A DNA stretch of 64,000 bases from Nitrospirota bacterium (lineage in GTDB: Bacteria > Nitrospirota > UBA9217), in the NCBI GenBank assembly GCA_963740085.1, contig CAVUCU010000007.1, positions 122,835 to 186,834 of the forward strand, read 5' to 3'. Of this stretch, positions 25,069 through 34,351 are shown in pieces. The notes beneath the pieces were generated by a model that did not search any database, was not told where the DNA came from, and worked only from the letters and a program-made list of their open reading frames with translations. Numbering within the stretch: position 1 is the stretch's first letter; each line of letters begins with the position of its first letter. The position numbers were made by a program, and so were the translations under genes.

Positions 25069-26097
25069 CTACACCATCCCCGCCAGGTCCCGGATCAGCT
25101 TTTCCGAATCCTTCCATCCAAGGCACGGATCGGTGATGGACTTGCCATACACGTTCTCCGTTACCTTCTGCGTACCTTCTTCGATAAAACTCTCGATCAT
25201 GAAACCCCTGACCATGTTCTTGAGCAGCGAAGAATGGCGGCGGCTCTGCATCACTTCCATTGCGATCCGGGGCTGTTCGGCGAACTTTTTGTCGGAATTC
25301 GCATGGTTCGTGTCAACGATGATCGCCGGGTTTGTGAGTCCGCGCTTCTGGTAGGACTCGGCGAATAGCTTGAGGTCCTCATAGTGATAATTGGGGACCG
25401 CGAGGCCATGATAGTCAACTGCGCCACGAAGGACGGCGTGCGTGAGCGGATTGCCGGGGGTCTTCACTTCCCACCGGTTGTAGCTGAAAACATGGGGCGC
25501 CTGGGCTGCCTGGATGGAATTAAGCGTCACTTCCATGTCGCCCGATGTCGGGTTCTTCATGCCCACGGGAATATCGAGACCGCTGCACGTCAGCCGGTGC
25601 GCCTGATTCTCAACCGAGCGTGCGCCCACGGCAACATAGCTCAGGACATCCTCGAGGTAGGGATAGTTTCCGGGGTAGAGCATCTCGTCGGCTGCGGGAA
25701 TATGGGATTCCCTGAGCGCCCGGATATGCATCTTCCTGATCGCCTTGATCCCTTCGACGATGTTCGGCTTTTCCTGGAGTTTCGGCTGATGGGCCATGCC
25801 CTTGTACCCGATCCCGGTTGTGCGCGGCTTGTTGGTGTAGATGCGCGGGATGATGATGATCCTGTCCTTCACCTCGGCCTGGACCTTTGCCAGCCGCGCG
25901 ATGTAATCGCACACCGCCTCTTCATCGTGGGCCGAGCACGGCCCGATGATCAGGATGAACTTGTTGTTCTCGCCGCTGAACGCCGCCTTGATGTCCTGGT
26001 CGCGCTTTTTCTTGATTTCCACCAGCTCCGGGGAAAGTGGCATCGCTGCAAGGACCTCCTGGGGCGGAGGAATTTCTTGAACATATTCAAAGCTCAT
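25069..26097 (-). CDS. 3-deoxy-7-phosphoheptulonate (DAHP) synthase, class I
   Basis: 'IIGPCSAHDEE' and 'KPRTTGIGYKGM' are class I DAHP synthase hallmarks. The length (approximately 342 aa) fits. Confidence 0.8.
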   Translation of the reverse strand: MSFEYVQEIPPPQEVLAAMPLSPELVEIKKKRDQDIKAAFSGENNKFILIIGPCSAHDEEAVCDYIARLAKVQAEVKDRIIIIPRIYTNKPRTTGIGYKGMAHQPKLQEKPNIVEGIKAIRKMHIRALRESHIPAADEMLYPGNYPYLEDVLSYVAVGARSVENQAHRLTCSGLDIPVGMKNPTSGDMEVTLNSIQAAQAPHVFSYNRWEVKTPGNPLTHAVLRGAVDYHGLAVPNYHYEDLKLFAESYQKRGLTNPAIIVDTNHANSDKKFAEQPRIAMEVMQSRRHSSLLKNMVRGFMIESFIEEGTQKVTENVYGKSITDPCLGWKDSEKLIRDLAGMV

Positions 26098-26287
26098 ATC
26101 CGGTTCATCCCTTCTCTGCTCAGTTCGTTATGAGTGTGAGCGCGTGGCATGCAGTATAAAATCCAACCCCGAGTAAGTCAAGCCAAAAAACATAAAAAGG
26201 CCCCTCCTTCGGCACGAACATCCCTTGCCGGCGTGATCGACAAAAAACATCTGGCCTTTTTTGCCGTAATATTGTATAAATCTTGCC

Positions 26288-27214
26288 ATGGCAAAGAAAT
26301 TCTGGGCAAAATTCAAAGGCGGCAAGTTCGACCGCTCCGTCATCATCGGGATCATCATTGCCGTGCTCGTGATAGCGCTCACGCTCTGGGGCCCGCTCCG
26401 CAAATTCCGTGTGGCGGAGGAACGGAAACCCGCTGCACAGGCGCAGAAACAGGAATTGATCAAGAAAAAATCCGGGAAGAAAGTCAAGAAAGAAGCCCAA
26501 GCATTAAAAAATCAGGCTGAAAGTCTCGTTGCAGGGTCTTATGAAAGAACGGTCCCCGTCGCCATTGTGATCGACGATCTGGGGCAGGACGTAAAACTGG
26601 CGAAAGAGGTCCTCGCGCTGCCCGGAAAGCTCACCCTTGCTGTTATGCCGGGACTTGCGCAGTCAACTGCTATTGCCGAACTGGCAAAGCAGTCCGGCCG
26701 GGAGGTCCTTCTCCACCTGCCCATGGAACCCTTGAAGAACCATGAAAAAACACGATCTCCAGGCACCTTGAGCGTGGATATGACCCCCATGGCGTTCCTG
26801 AATACCGTGAACGACGATGTGGCGTCGGTACCCGGAGCTGTCGGCGTGAACAACCATGAAGGCTCGGCGCTGACGGAGAACCTTGAGGCCATGAAATTCC
26901 TGATGGCGGAGCTCAAATCACGCAATCTTTTTTTCCTCGACAGCATGACCACCCCGAAAAGCGTTGCCTATGCGACGGCCATCGAGTTTGGCATGAACGC
27001 CGCCAGGCGCGACGTATTTCTGGACAATGAAGGCGACAACCCGTTATATATCCGCGGACAGCTTGAAAAGCTGATAGAAATTGCCCGCAATCATGGCAAG
27101 GCCATCGGCATCGGGCATCCGCATCCGGCAACGCTCAGCGAACTCAGAAAGTGGCTTGCTGAGACCGGCGCCGAGGGGATCGAGATCGTGCCGGTATCAA
27201 GATTGATGCAGTAG
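26288..27214 (+). CDS. divergent polysaccharide deacetylase family protein (YibQ-like) with N-terminal TM anchor
   Basis: An N-terminal hydrophobic helix and Lys-rich linker are followed by 'VAIVIDDLG', 'GVNNHEGS' and 'IGHPHPATL'. Confidence 0.7.
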   Translation: MAKKFWAKFKGGKFDRSVIIGIIIAVLVIALTLWGPLRKFRVAEERKPAAQAQKQELIKKKSGKKVKKEAQALKNQAESLVAGSYERTVPVAIVIDDLGQDVKLAKEVLALPGKLTLAVMPGLAQSTAIAELAKQSGREVLLHLPMEPLKNHEKTRSPGTLSVDMTPMAFLNTVNDDVASVPGAVGVNNHEGSALTENLEAMKFLMAELKSRNLFFLDSMTTPKSVAYATAIEFGMNAARRDVFLDNEGDNPLYIRGQLEKLIEIARNHGKAIGIGHPHPATLSELRKWLAETGAEGIEIVPVSRLMQ

Positions 27215-27315
27215 AAGAACAGGGTCATGGGACATGGGTCATGGGTCAAAAAGCACTTATGCTTTCCTTGATCTTCGCCCCCTGACCCCTGCCCCGTGCC
27301 CCTTTCTTTAAACCC

Positions 27316-28320
27316 ATGTATACCCTCGGAATAGAAACCTCATGCGATGAAACCGCGGCTGCGGTGCTGCAGGACGAAAAGGTACTGTCAAACATAGTAT
27401 CCTCGCAGATCGACATCCACAAAAAATTCGGCGGCGTGGTCCCCGAACTCGCATCACGTGAGCACCTTAAGAACCTGATGCCTGTTATCCGCGAGGCGCT
27501 TACCTCCGCATCGGTTACACTCAAGGACATCAACCTCATCGCGGTCACGTACACGCCCGGCCTGATCGGCGCGCTGCTCGTGGGAGTGTCCGCTGCCAAG
27601 GCCATTGCGTATGCGAGCGGCATCCCCTTCATCGGCGTGCACCACGGTGAAGGGCACATCCTCGCGGCGCATATCGAGTATCCGGGTATCGGTTATCCTT
27701 ACATTGCCCTCCTCGTGTCGGGTGGACATACAGCGATCTACCACGTCAAGGGCCTCGGCGAATACCGTCTCCTTGGCCAGACGCGGGACGACGCAGCGGG
27801 CGAAGCCTATGATAAGGTAGCTAAGCTGCTTGGTCTCGAATACCCCGGCGGTCCGGTGCTCGACAAACTCGCCCAGGAGGGCAATCCAGGGACAGTCAAA
27901 TTTCCACGAGGCCATCTGGAGGGCTGCGACTTCAGCTTCAGCGGGCTCAAGACCGCGGTCAGAAACCACCTTGCCCTCTTCAGGAGCAAAGACAAGGGAC
28001 TCGACCCGGGCCTGAACATCAAGGACATTGCGGCCAGTTTTCAGGCTGCGGTCGTGGACACGCTCGTTAACAAGACCATGCAGGCGGCAAGCGGAACGGG
28101 CGTGGACAAGATCGTGGTTGCCGGCGGCGTGGCTGCGAACAGTCTGCTCCGGAAAAGAATGCTGGATGAAGCGGGGAAGCACGGCGCCACACTCTATCTC
28201 CCGGCTATGGGCCTCTGCATCGACAACGCCGCCATGATCGCCCTCGCGGGATATCTCCACCATCAACGCGGCGAGAACTCAAACCTTGACCTGAATCCCC
28301 GACCCGGCATGCCGCTGTGA
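27316..28320 (+). CDS. tsaD: tRNA N6-adenosine threonylcarbamoyltransferase TsaD
   Basis: 'MYTLGIETSCDETAAAVL', 'GVHHGEGH' and 'VAGGVAAN' are present. Confidence 0.9.
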   Translation: MYTLGIETSCDETAAAVLQDEKVLSNIVSSQIDIHKKFGGVVPELASREHLKNLMPVIREALTSASVTLKDINLIAVTYTPGLIGALLVGVSAAKAIAYASGIPFIGVHHGEGHILAAHIEYPGIGYPYIALLVSGGHTAIYHVKGLGEYRLLGQTRDDAAGEAYDKVAKLLGLEYPGGPVLDKLAQEGNPGTVKFPRGHLEGCDFSFSGLKTAVRNHLALFRSKDKGLDPGLNIKDIAASFQAAVVDTLVNKTMQAASGTGVDKIVVAGGVAANSLLRKRMLDEAGKHGATLYLPAMGLCIDNAAMIALAGYLHHQRGENSNLDLNPRPGMPL

Positions 28321-28330
28321 ATTATTCTCA
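28284..28330. repeat. direct repeat L (attL-like): last 37 nt of tsaD plus 10 nt downstream
   Basis: 43 of 47 nt match 31882-31928. Confidence 0.6.
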
Positions 28331-28685
28331 CATAGGCTGTTTGAAAACACCTAATTTATTCGCGCACTGCCACAATGCCATTTTCTTGTCGTGCGGTGCT
28401 GAGATTTTACCAACTTCACCTACTAGTCCGCAATTGCAGATAGACGAAACTATCGTTAAATACGGATTGTAAAGTGCACACATCGCCCGTAAATTTTTTT
28501 CATCTTTTGCGTCGAATGCCGTCCGCCGTATTGGCGCTAGTCGCGGTATCCTTCCGATGTCTGGTCTGTTCGAAGCTTGTCAGATCCGAAGAGCGGAAGT
28601 CGGTAGGATAGCACGTATACAACTATTCAAGCTCTCTGTTTGATACAACAAGGGAAGTCGCCCAGCCGCCGGGCAACCGAGGTTG

Positions 28686-29555
28686 TTAAGAGGTGGTTGA
28701 TGACAAATTCAAGATCTTGGATTTCACTACATTTTTACCGGTTTCCCTGGCCGAATTCATAAGATCTTCGGCCATAGCGATCAGTTCATCTAATGTGCAT
28801 GTCGGGCCGTCGCAGGTAACGACACCTGTACTGAATGCTACCGGCCAGCCCTTTTTTTTCACCATATCCAGAAGACGTTCCTGAACTTTATAAATGATAA
28901 CCGTGGCGTTCTCATTATTTGTTTCCGGCATAAGAACAGCGAATTTGGAACCCCCAAGTCTCGAAATTATATCTGTGAGCCGCAATGTTGACCCCATGAT
29001 CTGGGCTAATTCATGGAGGAGGTAATCGCCTGCAATATGGCCGAGGGTGTCATTTACCTGTCGTAAATTATCTATATCGATATATGCTAGAGTGAGAGGT
29101 AGTTTAGATATAGTCGATCTGCTGATTTCAATACGTGCCTGCTCATAAAAGAATTTGATATTAGCTACGCCCGTCAAATCGTCGGTGTCGGCATGTTCAT
29201 GTTCCTTTATCAATGATTTTTTTAAGGTTGCAATGGAATAGGCAACGATTAAAAACATACTTAGCACCAGTGTGGCGTTCCAAATGCGAACAGTGATATG
29301 AGAATAATTATGTCCAGACATCAGGTCAGACGTTGCCCAGGTGATAGCACTGAAAATTGATACCAGGACGGTAGGCATTCCTCCCACGTACCAAGCGATC
29401 AGTATGATGGGAAGAAGATAGAGCACATCTAGGGAAATATCATAGCTCGCTATAGTATCAAGACCGCCGATTGCCAATACGAGGAGCAATCCGAAAATCG
29501 TAAGAATTGATTTTGGGAGTTTTTCAGGGAATTCTATGATTTTCTTTATCCGCAT
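28686..29555 (-). CDS. membrane-anchored GGDEF-domain protein with degenerate active site (GGSKF) and intact RxxD I-site
   Basis: Four to five N-terminal TM helices are present. The GGDEF fold has 'RLTDIISRLGGSKFAVLM' (RxxD-xxx-RLGG then S-K-F in place of D/E-E-F). GC content is lower than the flanks. Confidence 0.8.
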   Translation of the reverse strand: MRIKKIIEFPEKLPKSILTIFGLLLVLAIGGLDTIASYDISLDVLYLLPIILIAWYVGGMPTVLVSIFSAITWATSDLMSGHNYSHITVRIWNATLVLSMFLIVAYSIATLKKSLIKEHEHADTDDLTGVANIKFFYEQARIEISRSTISKLPLTLAYIDIDNLRQVNDTLGHIAGDYLLHELAQIMGSTLRLTDIISRLGGSKFAVLMPETNNENATVIIYKVQERLLDMVKKKGWPVAFSTGVVTCDGPTCTLDELIAMAEDLMNSARETGKNVVKSKILNLSSTTS

Positions 29556-29792
29556 AACAGCCGATGCTTGCAGTGGTAGATAATATTAAATGATCTTCTT
29601 TGGCCCGCCCTGTAAGCTAGACCTCGGGTAACGGGATGAGCATTTTCTGTAAAATAGCACTCATCCTTATAGCTATTATTTCTTTGCAGATAATAGCTTA
29701 TGCCTATAAAAATTACTAGTTGAACTATGTACATGAATAGCGTGTTGAAAAAGTACAGGTTACAGGACGTTATATATGCTGCACTCTTCACG

Positions 29793-30593
29793 TTAGGTTC
29801 GACCCTCTGGTTGTTCACCTTCTCGTGCGACGCTGTTTTTCATTCTTACCCACTGGTCTATGAACGTTTGGAGCAACGTTTTATCCTTGTCCGTCAGATC
29901 GACAAACTCCGACCCTATATCATAGTGTGTTTGCCCCTTGTTTTCCTTCATGTGGCATGAAGCAATTCGTCCGATAAAATTGACCGCGGTGCCATCATTC
30001 AGAGACAATTCCATGGGGACCTTGCTTTCTATTGCCAGAGCCTGATCAGTCTGGATGAGCATGCCGCTGAGACTGATTGTTTTCACATTAAAATTCGCGG
30101 GATAGCTCAAAACATGCTCATTCAGACCGGTAATTTGAAATCTGACATTGAGCCTCCGCTCCTCCGGTAATGGCGCTTTTTCTTTTTGGTTTTGCACTAT
30201 TGATTTAAGAAAATCGGCGACCTGATCCGCTGAGCTCTCTTTAAACTGCATGCCTACAGCGTATATGGAGACACTTTCCCCGTTGTCTCTTGCCTCTATT
30301 CCCTTGAGCTCGGAACGGACTATAATGCCCGTTACATTGAGAGTCTTCCCTTTATCCTGGAGCTTGATCGTATATTCCCTGCCGGGATTCAGTCTCCGGT
30401 CCGATTTCAAGGCAACTCCGCCGAGACCGATATCAAGGATCTCCACTTTATCGGATAAACTCATCTTGCCCTTTAAGTCATTTAACTCCAGGTAGTATCT
30501 TTTATGTCGTCTCGTGTTGTTCATGATAGGTTTCTTCTCAATTGACAAGTTGTCAGAATACTCATTCTGAGAGCTCATGTCTACAAAAGCCAT
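29793..30593 (-). CDS. tandem PilZ-domain protein
   Basis: PilZ 1 has 'RRHKR' (RxxxR) and 'DIGLGGVAL'. PilZ 2 has 'RRLNVR' and 'ISLSGML' (partly degenerate). Confidence 0.75.
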   Translation of the reverse strand: MAFVDMSSQNEYSDNLSIEKKPIMNNTRRHKRYYLELNDLKGKMSLSDKVEILDIGLGGVALKSDRRLNPGREYTIKLQDKGKTLNVTGIIVRSELKGIEARDNGESVSIYAVGMQFKESSADQVADFLKSIVQNQKEKAPLPEERRLNVRFQITGLNEHVLSYPANFNVKTISLSGMLIQTDQALAIESKVPMELSLNDGTAVNFIGRIASCHMKENKGQTHYDIGSEFVDLTDKDKTLLQTFIDQWVRMKNSVAREGEQPEGRT

Positions 30594-30650
30594 GGATTAC
30601 TCCTGGCTTAATCAGTCTTGACCTGCGCAATCTATTCATGGTTCCATCCC

Positions 30651-31133
30651 TTACGTCATGATCGTGACGTTTTCGATCGCGCTCCCCACGACAAAGACCC
30701 TTTTGTTATTGCTATCTTCGTCAACGGGGATGAGGAAAAACCCCTTGGCCCCCTTGCCCAGCTTGGATAGGGAAAACCCCTTGTCCCAGGGGATCTCACC
30801 CTCGATGAACCCGACCAGCGATTCTTTATCGATGAACTTAACAAAAACCTTTCGGCCAAGGTTCTTCCTGCTCCCGAAAACCTTCCGTTCGACATATCGA
30901 CTGGAGCCCTCAAAGCTCTTGACGAAAAAAATCGCCTTCAGCTCTTCCATCGGGACGCGGTTTTCCTTGTTTGTCTGGTCACTCATGATGAGCGTGTCCG
31001 ATTCTATACTGAAATTTCTCACGAAGCCCTTCAAAAGTCTTCCGTCCCTGAACCTGGCGACGATCTTTTCTCCTTCATTATTTTTCAAACAGTCACCTCC
31101 GGAGCACCGATTAATTGTTCCCAGGATACTCAA
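30651..31133 (-). CDS. uncharacterised conserved protein (160 aa), family A paralog 2
   Basis: It shares motif blocks with the 3929-4357 product ('VARFRDGRLLKGFVRNF', 'LKAIFFVKSFEGSS', 'GFFLIPVDEDSNNKRVFVV'). Confidence 0.6.
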   Translation of the reverse strand: MSILGTINRCSGGDCLKNNEGEKIVARFRDGRLLKGFVRNFSIESDTLIMSDQTNKENRVPMEELKAIFFVKSFEGSSRYVERKVFGSRKNLGRKVFVKFIDKESLVGFIEGEIPWDKGFSLSKLGKGAKGFFLIPVDEDSNNKRVFVVGSAIENVTIMT

Positions 31134-31145
31134 TCTGGGAATAAT

Positions 31146-31481
31146 TCAACCAACAAACCGGCCAAGCAGTATATCCTCAAGATTGCGTCTTGCATCGAGG
31201 ACGGCGAGAACATATACAGTTTGGCCGGATATTCTGCAAATCATTCTCCAGGGGGCAATGATTATTTCCCGATAGAGAATAATGCCCTGTTCCTTCAACT
31301 CAGGCACAACAACGCGGCCTCTTTCCGGCAGGACATGCAAGCCAACCGCCTTCTTGCGCATTCTTTCCACTATCTTCAGCGCCTCATCGATACTGTCTTC
31401 GGCGATAAATCCGATGATTGAATCCAAATCATACTCAGCGGTGGCCGTCCATTTGACGGTAAAGTTACGACTCATCGGCAT
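31146..31481 (-). CDS. ParE/RelE-family type II toxin
   Basis: The approximately 110-aa product has a ParE-like composition ('WTATAEYDLDSI', 'ERGRVVVPELKEQGII'). It overlaps the upstream Phd/YefM gene by 17 nt. Confidence 0.65.
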   Translation of the reverse strand: MPMSRNFTVKWTATAEYDLDSIIGFIAEDSIDEALKIVERMRKKAVGLHVLPERGRVVVPELKEQGIILYREIIIAPWRMICRISGQTVYVLAVLDARRNLEDILLGRFVG

Positions 31482-31764
31482 TTCGCTGTTTCCTGGCCTT
31501 CAGCTTGTGCTCAAGACGTTTGAAAATATCCTCCTGTTCACTGGTCCTTCCAAGACGAATATCCTCTTCTCCCTGAGCAAGGACCTTCATCAAACCTATT
31601 GCGGACTTCATGCGCTCATACGATTCAGGGTCTTGCAGAACGGCGCGTGGTTCCCCGTTTTGCGTGATAATGACCGGCCTGTGCGTTTCATTGATCTGCA
31701 GCAATATATCCGCGGCCTTTGATTTGAGATACGTCACGGGTCGAATGTCTTCACTGATTTTCAT
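31465..31764 (-). CDS. Phd/YefM-family antitoxin
   Basis: 'MKISEDIRPVTYLKSKAADILLQINETHRPVIITQNGEPRAVL' is the Phd/YefM fold signature. The ORF-track start at 31833 is an over-extension. Confidence 0.75.
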   Translation of the reverse strand: MKISEDIRPVTYLKSKAADILLQINETHRPVIITQNGEPRAVLQDPESYERMKSAIGLMKVLAQGEEDIRLGRTSEQEDIFKRLEHKLKARKQRNADES

Positions 31765-31881
31765 TCTCCACCTCCTGTCCGAATAACGTACCATAAAAGG
31801 TCCTTTAACGCAAGCGGCTTTTTCGGTCATCAAATGACTTTACGCCCATGGGTTAAACTTTAAGCGTGGCGATATCTCCAG

Positions 31882-31928
31882 CCTTGACCTGAACCCCCGC
31901 CCCAGCATGCCGCTGTGAGTTATTCTCA
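31882..31928. repeat. direct repeat R (attR-like): diverged copy of the tsaD 3' end
   Basis: 91% identical to 28284-28330. It would encode ...LDLNPRPSMPL* in the tsaD frame. Confidence 0.6.
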
Positions 31929-32273
31929 ATTAATGCAAAATAGTTCTTGCTATTCCCTCATAATACTGTATTATGCACGTCGACTGTTTAACATTGCGGC
32001 AGGATTTGACTGAAGTACACACACACGTCATCATCTCTCTGCCCTTCATATCATCGATCTCTAACCCCCCTTGTTTTCAGCCCCCGCTCTGAAATCACAG
32101 CAGCACGTATGGTTGGCGAACGATGTAGTTATGCCGGTCATATTTGTGCTGGCGTCGTCTTCGCTCTCAGGGATACCTTTGTGCCCCTGCGGCCCGCACG
32201 CAAACCCTTAACGGGATTTCTGTTTCCGGAATGAATATATCTTCATTTCGGCGTAAGAGATCAAAGGAGTCGT

Positions 32274-33665
32274 ATGTCTTTTTCAAAATTGCAGCTCATC
32301 GAACCGATCCTGAAAGCAATAAAACTGTGCGGCTACACCACGCCCACGCCCATCCAGGAGCAGGCTATTCCCAAGGCACTGGCGGGTCAAGACCTGATCG
32401 CAACAGCCCAGACCGGGACCGGCAAAACCGCGGCCTTCGTGTTGCCGGCGCTCCAGCGTTTGAGCGTACCCTCCATAGCAGCGGGACGGTCCAAAGGACC
32501 CCGCGTACTCGTACTGACACCCACGCGCGAACTGGCCAATCAGATAACCGAGGCGGTCAGAACCTACGGCAAGTTCATGCGCATCCGGAGCGGCGCGATC
32601 CTCGGCGGCATGCCCTACTTCGAACAGCAGCGTCTTCTGTCCCAGCCGGTGGATCTGATCGTAGCCACACCCGGACGTCTCATGGACCATATGGAGCGGG
32701 GACAGATCAATTTCTCGCGCCTCGAACTGCTCGTGCTCGATGAGGCTGATCGCATGCTCGACATGGGATTCAGCGAGGCAGTGGACACCATCGCGGCCGC
32801 GACCCCGGCCACGCGCCAGACCATGATGTTCACCGCAACCATGGACAATTCGATGGCTAGGCTTGCCCAGCGTCTGCTCAAGGACCCGGTACGGGTCGAG
32901 ATCGCCGGCAAGAAGACCACCCTTGAAACGATCGAACAGCGCCTTCACGCGGCCGACGACATGCAGCATAAGAACCGCATGCTCAAACACCTGATCTCGG
33001 ACAGCGGCATGACCAGGGCGATCATCTTCTCGGGCACCAAACGAAACGCCGACCAGCTGGCGAACGAACTGCACGCCCAGGGCCACTCAGCCGCGGCGCT
33101 GCACGGCGACATGAGCCAGAACGCCCGCAACCGCACCATCATGAACATGAAGCGCGGCAAGATCCGGCTGCTCGTTGCAACAGACGTGGCCGCACGCGGG
33201 CTTGACGTCATCGGCATCACCCATATCATCAATTACGACCTTCCGAAGAATGCCGAGGACTACGTACATCGCATCGGTCGCACCGGGCGTGCAGGTGCAA
33301 CAGGCATCGCCATCTCCTTCGCGTCGTCCAGGGAAGTGGACTCCCTGCGCAGTATCGAACGCTATATCGGACAAAGCATTCCCCAGCAGATCATTGCGGG
33401 ACTGGAACCGGCGCGCCCCTTACGCCGGTCAAGCAGCGGGGGCAGTCCGACGCCGTCATCGGGGAAACGATGGCAGGGCGCCTCGACCGGCAAACGGTAT
33501 GGCCAGAACGCCGCACCCCGAAGTCCCTTTGGTTCGAAAACCACCCGTCGCTCGGATTCTGATGGCCGATTCTTCAGAGACGAGAAGAAGAGTGTCAAGC
33601 AGGATGGCGGGAAGTTTGGGGATTTCCGCAAGCCAAAGCAATACAGTCAGAGCCGGTGGACCTAG
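32274..33665 (+). CDS. DEAD-box ATP-dependent RNA helicase (RhlE-like) with basic C-terminal tail
   Basis: Q-motif, 'AQTGTGKT', 'PTRELA', 'DEAD', 'SAT' and 'HRIGRTGRAG' are present. Confidence 0.9.
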   Translation: MSFSKLQLIEPILKAIKLCGYTTPTPIQEQAIPKALAGQDLIATAQTGTGKTAAFVLPALQRLSVPSIAAGRSKGPRVLVLTPTRELANQITEAVRTYGKFMRIRSGAILGGMPYFEQQRLLSQPVDLIVATPGRLMDHMERGQINFSRLELLVLDEADRMLDMGFSEAVDTIAAATPATRQTMMFTATMDNSMARLAQRLLKDPVRVEIAGKKTTLETIEQRLHAADDMQHKNRMLKHLISDSGMTRAIIFSGTKRNADQLANELHAQGHSAAALHGDMSQNARNRTIMNMKRGKIRLLVATDVAARGLDVIGITHIINYDLPKNAEDYVHRIGRTGRAGATGIAISFASSREVDSLRSIERYIGQSIPQQIIAGLEPARPLRRSSSGGSPTPSSGKRWQGASTGKRYGQNAAPRSPFGSKTTRRSDSDGRFFRDEKKSVKQDGGKFGDFRKPKQYSQSRWT

Positions 33666-33692
33666 TCAAGATCAGGATATATCATTGCTCGG

Positions 33693-33725
33693 AAGGCGCC
33701 TCACCTTGAGGCGCCTTTTTTTTTA
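33693..33725 (+). terminator. rho-independent terminator (AGGCGCCTCA / TGAGGCGCCT stem + T9)
   Basis: The hairpin and T-run are visible 28 nt after the helicase stop. Confidence 0.6.
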
Positions 33726-33918
33726 CGATCATCTCCCTTTATTATTGTAGTGAGCGCCGTAAGCCTTCGGGTCGCCTCTCGATGCCTCTCCCTTTATTTC
33801 AGTAGAAACCTGGCGCACAGAACATTTTTTTGCATTCTTTAAAATTCGATCCGATATTTTCTCATCTTTGCAAAGCAACTTACTCCCCGCTTCTAAATAA
33901 ATTCAACCAGTTGCGTTT

Positions 33919-33934
33919 TGGCATGCTAGATGCA
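33919..33934 (+). promoter_or_regulatory. putative sigma-54 promoter TGGCATGCTAGATGCA (GG-N10-GC)
   Basis: It lies 40 nt upstream of the AAGGAGG-ATG of the first small membrane protein gene. It is near-identical to the minus-strand site at 21610-21626. Confidence 0.5.
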
Positions 33935-33973
33935 ATAACCAAAGCAAGACACTGCGAAAAGGAGGAAACGAAA

Positions 33974-34297
33974 ATGAAAAACACACTTGCAAGAAAAACA
34001 GCGTACATCGGGGCCGGTGCGGGTTTGGTGCTCTTCGCGATCTTCGGACTTCTCCCGGGCAGTTTGATTGGCGGAGCGGCCGGACTAAAATTAGTTGGTA
34101 TGCTCTTCAACCAGACTCTTGAGGCGGGGATCATCTCGCGGGGCATCGTACTGGCATCCATGCTCATGGGCGTCGTGGTCTCAGGTATCGCCGTCGTGAC
34201 GGCTACGTCAACCACAGGATGGCTTCTGGGAAGAGTGATAGAGGCATCGGTACACCAAGCCGATCCGGAAGCAGCAGTTGTCGTCAGAAATCAATAA
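33974..34297 (+). CDS. small glycine-zipper membrane protein (107 aa), paralog 1 of tandem pair
   Basis: AAGGAGG RBS is present. Two hydrophobic Gly-rich helices are predicted. It is similar to the downstream ORF. Confidence 0.6.
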   Translation: MKNTLARKTAYIGAGAGLVLFAIFGLLPGSLIGGAAGLKLVGMLFNQTLEAGIISRGIVLASMLMGVVVSGIAVVTATSTTGWLLGRVIEASVHQADPEAAVVVRNQ

Positions 34298-34351
34298 TCG
34301 GTCAAGAAGATCGAGATTAAACTAAACAGCTGAGGCTGGAAGGAGATTATC

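Noticed and set aside
28321-28685. Possible integrase remnant at the island's left junction
   Set aside because: The 365-bp segment is AT-rich and has no sizeable ORF in any frame. No integrase-like motifs were seen.
31881-31928. Idea that the tsaD-end duplication is a tRNA-like att site
   Set aside because: The repeat is the protein-coding 3' end of tsaD and shows no tRNA-like structure.
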